Below, piece by piece: positions 8,714 through 15,665 of a DNA stretch of 21,773 nucleotides. Under the pieces are notes generated by a model. That model was not told the origin of the DNA and did no database searches. It worked only from the letters and a program-made list of their open reading frames with translations. The position numbers were made by a program, and so were the translations under genes. Positions within the stretch are counted from its first letter, which is position 1. Each line of letters opens with the position of its first letter. Location: positions 1-21,773 of the forward strand of contig CAZYCQ010000054.1 of NCBI GenBank assembly GCA_964645535.1, written 5' to 3'. Origin of the DNA: an uncultured archaeon (GTDB lineage: Archaea; Asgardarchaeota; Heimdallarchaeia; Heimdallarchaeales; Kariarchaeaceae).

Positions 8714-10117
8714 TTATTTCTTCCCCTTCTTTTTGTTTTCTGCCCGGAGGTGTTCGACCATTTCCGCAAATGATCTGGTCAAGTCTCCAATTTCGTCATC
8801 CTGCACAATCGTTTCGTCCAAGACGACATTTTCAAACAGGTCTTCCTTTGTTGCATTAAGGGTTATTTGCTTTGCCGCCTGTGTCAGCTTTCCAATTGGC
8901 TTGGTTACGGCATTCGAAAGGTAAAGCCCGACCCCTAGAATGGCTAAGGTTATGAAGATAAAAAACAAGAAGAGGTTTCTTTGCAATGAGGACTGCTTTT
9001 GGTTCATATCGTTTTGGATTCTTGCAACAGATGCCAACACCTCTGCAACCTTTACAACGACCGCAAAGTCATATAATGGCCCTTGAGCTGTGGATATTTG
9101 GCTAAATGTCAAGATGAAGCCTTCTCCATTTTTCTCGAATTCTATTGTCCCATTGGTTTTGTTTTTCAATTCCTGCAAGTTTTCTATGGAAAGAGCAGGG
9201 CTGCCATCGATATTGGTCTCAAAATCATTGATCGTTGGGAGTTCCTGATTGATGTCATGATTTTCCGCATCCCATTCGGGATGGGCCAAAAGAGTAAAAT
9301 CTTCTTTTTGGAACAAACTCGCATATCCTTGATCCAGAATGTTCACTTTCAATACCTTGTCTCTAATGGTTGTTATCTTGAAATCGAGTCCAACAACTCC
9401 AATCAGGTTTCCTTCCACATAAACTGCCTGTGTCAAAGAAACCACCAGCCCTTGAGTGATGTCGAAGTAGGGTGGCGAATATACCACAGCCCCTCTTGCC
9501 TGTACGGCTTCGATGTACCAATCTTCCAATGGTGGGTTGTATTCCCTTTTCAAATCAACGAAAGCACCAGGAAAGTTCCTGAACACTCCGTTGCTAAATG
9601 CCACATACAGCCAGACGTATTCGCGGTTTTGCTCGTGGATCGGCCTGAAAACCAGATCAAGGTAAGCTGAACGCTGAATGGTTTGGTTCATGTCCGCTGT
9701 CAGTCTGTTTCCGGGATAATAATAGGTCGAGGTTGTGTTTGAGATGATCTCTTGGTACGTATTGTCATATCCGTGATCGGGAAGGCTCGAATTCGTCTCA
9801 GAATCATGGTAACTCTTAATGGAACCTAAATTTGAACTGGGATCAAACAATTCCTCTGTTGCCTTTACAATTTTGGCAACTGCTGCCTCCGCATTCCTGA
9901 ATTTGGCCTCAATTATTTCCGCGTTTTCATTCGAACTTTTTTGGATGTTGGTAATGATCTGATTCTTCAGATTTTCCGAACTTATATCGATGGTTTCGTT
10001 CCCTATCCGGGTCAAATTCATGTATGCCATGCCTGAAACCAAAGACATGGAAATAATTGAAATCAATACAAAACTGACAATAATTTGTGTCCGTATGCTA
10101 TAATCTTGTAATTTCAT
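8714..10117 (-). CDS. Membrane sensor: TM - dCache_1 - TM - HAMP, no output domain
   Basis: N-terminal TM; WLYVAFSNGVFRNFPG, YNPPLEDWY, PPYFD, IGVVGLD, GYASLF..LLAHP (double Cache); second TM; HAMP (VTKPIGKLTQAAKQI...DEIGDLTRSFAEMVEHL); then a stop after a short basic tail. AGGTGAT precedes the ATG. Confidence 0.88.
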   Translation of the reverse strand: MKLQDYSIRTQIIVSFVLISIISMSLVSGMAYMNLTRIGNETIDISSENLKNQIITNIQKSSNENAEIIEAKFRNAEAAVAKIVKATEELFDPSSNLGSIKSYHDSETNSSLPDHGYDNTYQEIISNTTSTYYYPGNRLTADMNQTIQRSAYLDLVFRPIHEQNREYVWLYVAFSNGVFRNFPGAFVDLKREYNPPLEDWYIEAVQARGAVVYSPPYFDITQGLVVSLTQAVYVEGNLIGVVGLDFKITTIRDKVLKVNILDQGYASLFQKEDFTLLAHPEWDAENHDINQELPTINDFETNIDGSPALSIENLQELKNKTNGTIEFEKNGEGFILTFSQISTAQGPLYDFAVVVKVAEVLASVARIQNDMNQKQSSLQRNLFLFFIFITLAILGVGLYLSNAVTKPIGKLTQAAKQITLNATKEDLFENVVLDETIVQDDEIGDLTRSFAEMVEHLRAENKKKGKK

Positions 10118-10129
10118 AAGATCACCTTT

Positions 10130-12787
10130 CTAGTTGTCTGGAACAAACCCCTCCACGTCCACAGCAGTCATCATGGACGATATCTCTTCAAATGCCACTG
10201 AGATTGCCTCCGCCACTCCTGACGACACATCAATGTATCTTCCTTTGTCGGTAAGGCTACAGAGCTCCTCAAGATCCTTCCGATTTTGAAGTTGACCAAC
10301 CCCAATGATCACAAGATTGACCCCTAAAATAGTACCTGCAAGCCCTTTGAGGTCATCTATCGAGTATCTCTTGCTAGAATTGTCTTCGCCATCCGTCAAT
10401 GCCACAATCCAATTATCCCGGGTCATGTCATCCAATCCTGTCATTGCATCACCTAAGGCATCATAAAAGGCCGTTGCACCAGCAGCCCGATTTAACTTAT
10501 TGATGGCCAATAGGATTTCCTTTTCATTGCCTTTTTTCTTCATGGGACTCAAATATTCTCTGGCGGTCCTCGAAAAAACAATAATCCGCACCAAATCATT
10601 TTCTGCCACCTGATTCTTGAATATCTTTCGTATTCCATCTCTTGCGGCTTTCAATTTCTTTCCTGCCATACTGCCTGACATATCCAAAACAAAGGTGACA
10701 AAACGCATCTTTCTTGATCCCGCAAGTTTTTTCAATTTCACATCTATTTCCTTGGCTAACTTCTTATTCCCCCTTTCCTTGTAAATCTCTGAAAGACTCT
10801 TCAAACAACTCAGGGCAATCCTAATGTCTAGATCCTCTGCGTTAGCTGCTGTATCGAGGAACAAATCTATCGCCTCTTCCAATTGTCCTATTGAACGATA
10901 AAACTGGCCATAGTTGTAATTTGAATATAGAAGAAGGCGTGAATTGGCTAGAGCCTCTGCAATGTCCTTCTCTTCCTCAAGAAACTTTCGTGCCTCCTCA
11001 AATTCTCCTTTTGCTATCTTGATGGTCGCTAAGTTTCCATACCTTGTGGCCATCCCTTTTGCATTGTCGATACTCTTGTCCAAATCAAGTGCCTGAAGGA
11101 CGTATCCTTCTGCCTTGTCATATTCCTCTATGTCGAAATACAGCATCCCCAAATTGTTATAACGTGATGCCAATGAAACTGTCAAATCAACTTTTTCCGC
11201 TTCTTCCGAGGTTTCTGCTAGCAACTTCCGTGCAATTTCAATGGAACTCTTGTAAGCTGCATTTGCATCCTTGAGGTTCCCTCTTGCCTTATGGATGTTC
11301 CCAATATTATTCAGGCAAATTCCGATTCCCTTTTCATTTTTCAGGGTTTTGAACAATTCAAGAGCTCTCTGATAATTGCTCATTGCCCTATCTAGGTTTC
11401 CTGCATAATACTCCTCGTTTCCAAACCTTAAGGTGGTTACCAACCCCTCGAACGTCGTATACAATAAGGAAATTTCTTGGGAGCCTCCTCCATCCCCTCG
11501 AAGATCTCTAGATAAATCTCCTTGGGTAATCCTTTTGCACACCTCCGTCAATTCTGTAACGGGCTCTACAATCTTGTCTGAGAGCTTCGTCGTTACAAAG
11601 GCAATCCCTCCCGACAGTGCCAATGAAATCAAGAGAAAGATCCCTAGCCCAATTGCCAATTCACTGAGAATTCGATTCTTCAGCTTAACTGCGGGCTGAA
11701 GGATGTCTGCTTCAGGAACAACCACAAGAACTGAAAATTTCCCTCTGAATGAAGGTGAATAGGCTGCATACCATTTTTCTCCCCTCTTGATGTAGTCGTG
11801 AATTCCTTCCTTTCCACTGGTCGCGTTGAGTATTATTGATGCAAAATCCAGATCATTCTCAACTTCCTCAAGTGCTCCAATTTGGGAACCAAAAAGTTCT
11901 GGTTCATCCACCAAACGAGGATGCACCAAAACCCTTCCCTCATGGTCAATCAAATAGGAATATCCATTTTCAAGTACCTTCCCCGATAATATTGCTTCTT
12001 CAACCGCCCCAAGTGGCAAATCTACTGAGATGACCCCGACTAGGGTTCCATTGTCGAAATATACCGGCATAGAGGACGTCAAGACCAATCCGGACTCCGG
12101 ATCCCTGTCCAGGAAAATGTTGAGCCCTTTTGCATCCACTGCTTTTTTGTACCAATCCTGTACTCGAGAATCATAATAGCCTCCGTCCCTTGCCCAACTC
12201 ATATCGTTGTAAGGCAATTGCCTGAAGAGTCCAGCCTCTTCAAAGCCCATATAGATCCAAATGTAGTTCGGATTCGAAGAATGAAGTGCCTTGAAGATGA
12301 AATCTAGGCTGGATGAAATATTTATCATCTGCTTTACCGAAATGGGAAGGGTTGCAAATTCTTGGGGATTGTCAACTTCAGGCACGAAAATTGTGCTTAC
12401 TTCCCAAGAAGCAGGACCAAATCCATAATAATCATCAACCATTGGTCCAGGTGGAATCCGCGGATCAATGGCTGGATCTGCCCAATAACTTTCAATGGGT
12501 GTTGAGTTTATTCGTCCATTGAAAAGTTCCGTAGCGAATTCCCATGCCATCTTAATGTCGGTTTCAACTCCCTTGAGATATTCGGTGACCAATAAGGCCT
12601 TGTCAGTCGAAATGTCTTGCAGGTTACTAAGTTCCTCTTCCTTCATTGTTTCAAAGGTTAGATTCGAACTTTCCGAAGTGAAGCTTGTTGCCAGACCAAC
12701 GGAGGTTCCGACAATCAATATCATTCCAATAAGCAAAGTTCCTAGAACTGAAAGAATAATTTTCCCTCGAAGTGTTCTGATGCGCAA
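10130..12787 (-). CDS. Membrane receptor: TM - dCache_1 - TM - HAMP - TPR repeats - VWA
   Basis: Cache motifs (WIYMGFEEAGLFRQLP, YDSRVQDWY, LVGVISVD, GYSYLID..GRVLVHP); HAMP (IVEPVTELTEVCKRITQGDL...EISLL); about 5-6 TPRs (CLNNIGNIH, YNNLGMLY, YGNLATI, NYNYGQFY); VWA with complete MIDAS (DMSGS, GATAFYDA, LTDGEDN). GGTGAT precedes the TTG. Confidence 0.9.
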   Translation of the reverse strand: MRIRTLRGKIILSVLGTLLIGMILIVGTSVGLATSFTSESSNLTFETMKEEELSNLQDISTDKALLVTEYLKGVETDIKMAWEFATELFNGRINSTPIESYWADPAIDPRIPPGPMVDDYYGFGPASWEVSTIFVPEVDNPQEFATLPISVKQMINISSSLDFIFKALHSSNPNYIWIYMGFEEAGLFRQLPYNDMSWARDGGYYDSRVQDWYKKAVDAKGLNIFLDRDPESGLVLTSSMPVYFDNGTLVGVISVDLPLGAVEEAILSGKVLENGYSYLIDHEGRVLVHPRLVDEPELFGSQIGALEEVENDLDFASIILNATSGKEGIHDYIKRGEKWYAAYSPSFRGKFSVLVVVPEADILQPAVKLKNRILSELAIGLGIFLLISLALSGGIAFVTTKLSDKIVEPVTELTEVCKRITQGDLSRDLRGDGGGSQEISLLYTTFEGLVTTLRFGNEEYYAGNLDRAMSNYQRALELFKTLKNEKGIGICLNNIGNIHKARGNLKDANAAYKSSIEIARKLLAETSEEAEKVDLTVSLASRYNNLGMLYFDIEEYDKAEGYVLQALDLDKSIDNAKGMATRYGNLATIKIAKGEFEEARKFLEEEKDIAEALANSRLLLYSNYNYGQFYRSIGQLEEAIDLFLDTAANAEDLDIRIALSCLKSLSEIYKERGNKKLAKEIDVKLKKLAGSRKMRFVTFVLDMSGSMAGKKLKAARDGIRKIFKNQVAENDLVRIIVFSRTAREYLSPMKKKGNEKEILLAINKLNRAAGATAFYDALGDAMTGLDDMTRDNWIVALTDGEDNSSKRYSIDDLKGLAGTILGVNLVIIGVGQLQNRKDLEELCSLTDKGRYIDVSSGVAEAISVAFEEISSMMTAVDVEGFVPDN

Positions 12788-12822
12788 TTAATCACCAGCA
12801 TATATGTAGTGAAAAATTCAGG

Positions 12823-12836
12823 TATTTAAAAAATTC
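12823..12836 (-). promoter_or_regulatory. Putative TATA box for the receptor-speA operon
   Basis: The minus strand reads GAATTTTTTAAATA about 35 nt before TTG 12787, followed by a GGTGAT ribosome-binding site at 12796-12791. Confidence 0.5.
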
Positions 12837-12957
12837 CCCCGATCTGTGGACGGACCCACTGACTTCCGGAAAAATGATATTACAAGCAATGGAAACGCAA
12901 TCTATCCAACTCCCGTTTCCGATGGGCAAATAATGTTCCTTCAAAAAGCTTCTTCTC

Positions 12958-13305
12958 TTATTTCTTGCATATTGGACATATTCCTTTGATCTTAATCCAT
13001 TCTCTCCAATGCCGGAAATGAAAATAGGTGTGACAATTCGGACATGCCTCAACCAAATCAAGATCTTTCAAGACCTTCCTGCAGATGTGGCATTGTGCAG
13101 CGGCACTTTCCGCTTGTCTGACATCACGCCATAATTGAAGATCTTCCTCTGAAGGGGCAGTCTTATCATTCTCTTCCCTTTCCTTCAGTTTTCGCTTCTT
13201 GTACGCATCGAACAATTGATCGAAGTCGTCTTTCAATGATCTAGGATAGGCATGCCTCATTAAATTCATTTGGTCTAGAATGAGCAAAAACAGAAACTCA
13301 TTCAC
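12958..13305 (-). CDS. RING-finger (RING-H2-like) zinc-binding protein, putative E3-type module
   Basis: C-terminal CHIC-x12-CPNC-x4-H-x2-H-WREW-x6-CPIC, with the conserved RING Trp and CPxC end, preceded by a charged helical region. The start is uncertain. Confidence 0.8.
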   Translation of the reverse strand: MNEFLFLLILDQMNLMRHAYPRSLKDDFDQLFDAYKKRKLKEREENDKTAPSEEDLQLWRDVRQAESAAAQCHICRKVLKDLDLVEACPNCHTYFHFRHWREWIKIKGICPICKK

Positions 13306-13432
13306 TTAAGGATGACATTATGCACCTCATATGTTCCTGTAATGTTTGCATGACTACTGAATTTGAACAAAGGATGGGGTGGTTCAATCGAGGATGGGTA
13401 ATAAAGCAGGTCAAATAACAAGATTCTTTGTT

Positions 13433-14281
13433 TCATGCTGTTGTACCATGTATCCATTCGACTATGGCGTCCGCTACCTCTTTCCTATCTGAATCTATCT
13501 GGAGGACATGGTCTCCTCTCTCGAAAACAATCAGCTTTGCATGTGGGATTTTTTCCTTGACAATTGAGGCTTGGTTGAATGGAACCCTGTAGTCTATCCT
13601 TGAATAGATCATAAGTACTGGGACTGTAACCTTGGGCAATAGGGTATATGCCCTGTCCATCACCTTAAATGCATCACCTGCACTTTTCATGTAGATATAC
13701 TCATACTTTTCATCAAAATAGTTGACTAATGCATTTCCATACAATTTTTTGTCAGTAAACCTGAACCCTGCAAACGGTATCCTAAAAGGTAGCCATTTCA
13801 GAAGTTTAACTCGCCATCTCAGGATAAATGGATAACGAAATGGTGATGCAAGAATGACCAAACCGTCCACATCCAATCCACTTTCGAACATTCCACAAAC
13901 CGCTATCGGACCCCCGAGTGAATGCCCCATCAAGAACACTTTGGTGTGTTCATGAACCTTCTTGACCATCTTCAAAACATTTGCAACCTTTGCTGTCCAT
14001 TCCTTGTGGTCATGTCTCTTTAGATCCTCATAATCTGTCCCATGACCTGGCAATAACGGAAGATAGACCCTTATTCCGGCACGGGCAAGATGATTTGCCA
14101 GATAGAGGTTTTCCAAATTTGATCCGGTAAACCCATGTACTAGTACTGCAACAATTTCCGCATCTTTCGGTCCCACTACTGTATCTCCAAGCATCTCAAT
14201 TGCTTCCGAAGACCCATTGTAAAGGAAATCAACTGCCTCTTCTTCCGGAACCGGTTCTAATTCCTTAAATTGTATTCCCAT
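13433..14281 (-). CDS. Alpha/beta-fold carboxylesterase / monoacylglycerol-lipase-like hydrolase
   Basis: LVHGFTGS oxyanion motif, LLPGHGT, GHSLGG nucleophile elbow, SRIDYRVP (Asp) and GDHVL (His). Start placed at ATG 14281 (282 aa); the ORF-track extension to 14419 looks non-coding. Confidence 0.9.
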   Translation of the reverse strand: MGIQFKELEPVPEEEAVDFLYNGSSEAIEMLGDTVVGPKDAEIVAVLVHGFTGSNLENLYLANHLARAGIRVYLPLLPGHGTDYEDLKRHDHKEWTAKVANVLKMVKKVHEHTKVFLMGHSLGGPIAVCGMFESGLDVDGLVILASPFRYPFILRWRVKLLKWLPFRIPFAGFRFTDKKLYGNALVNYFDEKYEYIYMKSAGDAFKVMDRAYTLLPKVTVPVLMIYSRIDYRVPFNQASIVKEKIPHAKLIVFERGDHVLQIDSDRKEVADAIVEWIHGTTA

Positions 14282-14487
14282 TACCGTCAGATATGTTGTT
14301 GACGAATTGAGCTTTTGCATGAATGCCATCATCAGATGGAAATTGTGAAGGCGAATTTTTGTTATGTCAATGGATGATGCTGACCTCGGTTGGCATTTTT
14401 GGACTTGGTTTTGCTTCATTGAAAAATTATTTTCACAAGTTCCTGCAACAAAAATTGAGAGAATAAATTTTAATTCTCTTCCCGTAG

Positions 14488-14500
14488 GAAAAGCTTAATA
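14488..14500 (+). promoter_or_regulatory. Putative archaeal BRE/TATA promoter of the two surface-protein genes
   Basis: GAAAAGCTTAATA lies about 40 nt before ATG 14541, with AGGTG at 14531-14535. Confidence 0.55.
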
Positions 14501-14540
14501 GTGTTCCAGAAAAAAAAGGAACTTCCAAAAAGGTGTGAAA

Positions 14541-15665
14541 ATGAAGAAATTAAACAAATCCACCATTTCAATTCTTTTTCTTTTGGTTGGCTTGCTGTTG
14601 AGTTCTACAGCAATGAACCAGCATTTCGAAGAAAAATCATTCCATCAATCACAAATCACTTCAGATCTTGGTGCACAAGTTTCCGAGGTCGGTCTTTCGG
14701 AAGTGCAGGTTGTTCAACCAATCAGTGAATCACCAATGCCTGTCTATCACCTGACAAGTTCCCGAATGTTCACTATTCTCTACCTGAAACTGAATTTTAC
14801 AGGAACTACTACCCTAGATGGAATACAGGTAAGTGGGCAACCTACGATTATCGTCGATGGATCTGTTTTTCCCATTCGTTCCCGATATGATGAATTCACC
14901 ATGTTCCTTACCTTATCCCAAGGTCTACATGTCATCTCTCTTGTCAACATCGGTGTTTCCGGAAACGCAGGTGCCTATGAGCTGGTATTTGCCCATCAGA
15001 GCTTCATTGTCTCGGTCGGTCCTGATGCTGCTATTCCTTCATTTTCTCCATTTCAGACATCCTTTGAACTGAATGTCACATTTGATCCCAGCCGTGAATT
15101 CACCAGTGATGAGGCACCTTTGGATCAGGCTCTTATCAGTCCAACCACCATTGAAGGCAATTTATCGAAGGTCACTGCCACGCTTGAAGGTACTGGTTTC
15201 ATAGGGGATCTGTCAACTCCTGGTCCCTTCCCTTCAACAAGTGGAATTCTGTTGCTGCAAACTGCTGATGGAATCCGTAGTATCCCTGCTGTAGGTACTG
15301 AAGAAACACTAGGATTTGGGGATGGCTTACCGATCGCAAATTTCATTTCCCTGTTCCCCATCGGATATGATCCTTCCTCACCTTATTATGCAAATATGGT
15401 CTTTTTTGGAGCAGATACGGTTTCATTCCATGGAGTGACCAACGATTCCTCCGTGACCCAACCGACTGATACTGCCTCAACTGTCACATCTTCCTCGACT
15501 ACATCTTCCTCACAAAATACTTCAAACATCACCTCGTCTGAAATAGAAACCTCGTCCGATACAATTCCTACATCTTCCACCATCTCTCCAATTGGACTTC
15601 CGGTATTCATGGGATCGGTCATCATGGCTATTGGAACCATCTTGCTAAGGAGGAAACTAAAATGA
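14541..15665 (+). CDS. Secreted cell-surface protein with S/T-rich linker and C-terminal membrane anchor
   Basis: Signal peptide (MKKLNKSTISILFLLVGLLLSS), beta-rich body with NxS/T sequons, a Ser/Thr run of about 50 aa, a TM helix and RRKLK tail. ATGA overlap with the next gene. Confidence 0.8.
   Translation: MKKLNKSTISILFLLVGLLLSSTAMNQHFEEKSFHQSQITSDLGAQVSEVGLSEVQVVQPISESPMPVYHLTSSRMFTILYLKLNFTGTTTLDGIQVSGQPTIIVDGSVFPIRSRYDEFTMFLTLSQGLHVISLVNIGVSGNAGAYELVFAHQSFIVSVGPDAAIPSFSPFQTSFELNVTFDPSREFTSDEAPLDQALISPTTIEGNLSKVTATLEGTGFIGDLSTPGPFPSTSGILLLQTADGIRSIPAVGTEETLGFGDGLPIANFISLFPIGYDPSSPYYANMVFFGADTVSFHGVTNDSSVTQPTDTASTVTSSSTTSSSQNTSNITSSEIETSSDTIPTSSTISPIGLPVFMGSVIMAIGTILLRRKLK

Noticed and set aside
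8714-12787. Calling the two sensors methyl-accepting chemotaxis proteins or histidine kinases
   Set aside because: No MCP hairpin, H-box or HATPase motifs follow either HAMP domain.
12792-13061. 89-aa minus-strand ORF between the RING gene and the receptor
   Set aside because: It overlaps the RING domain in another frame and covers the receptor's TATA box and ribosome-binding site.
15440-15590. Ser/Thr-rich low-complexity stretch as a DNA tandem repeat
   Set aside because: There is no regular nucleotide period; it is a protein linker.
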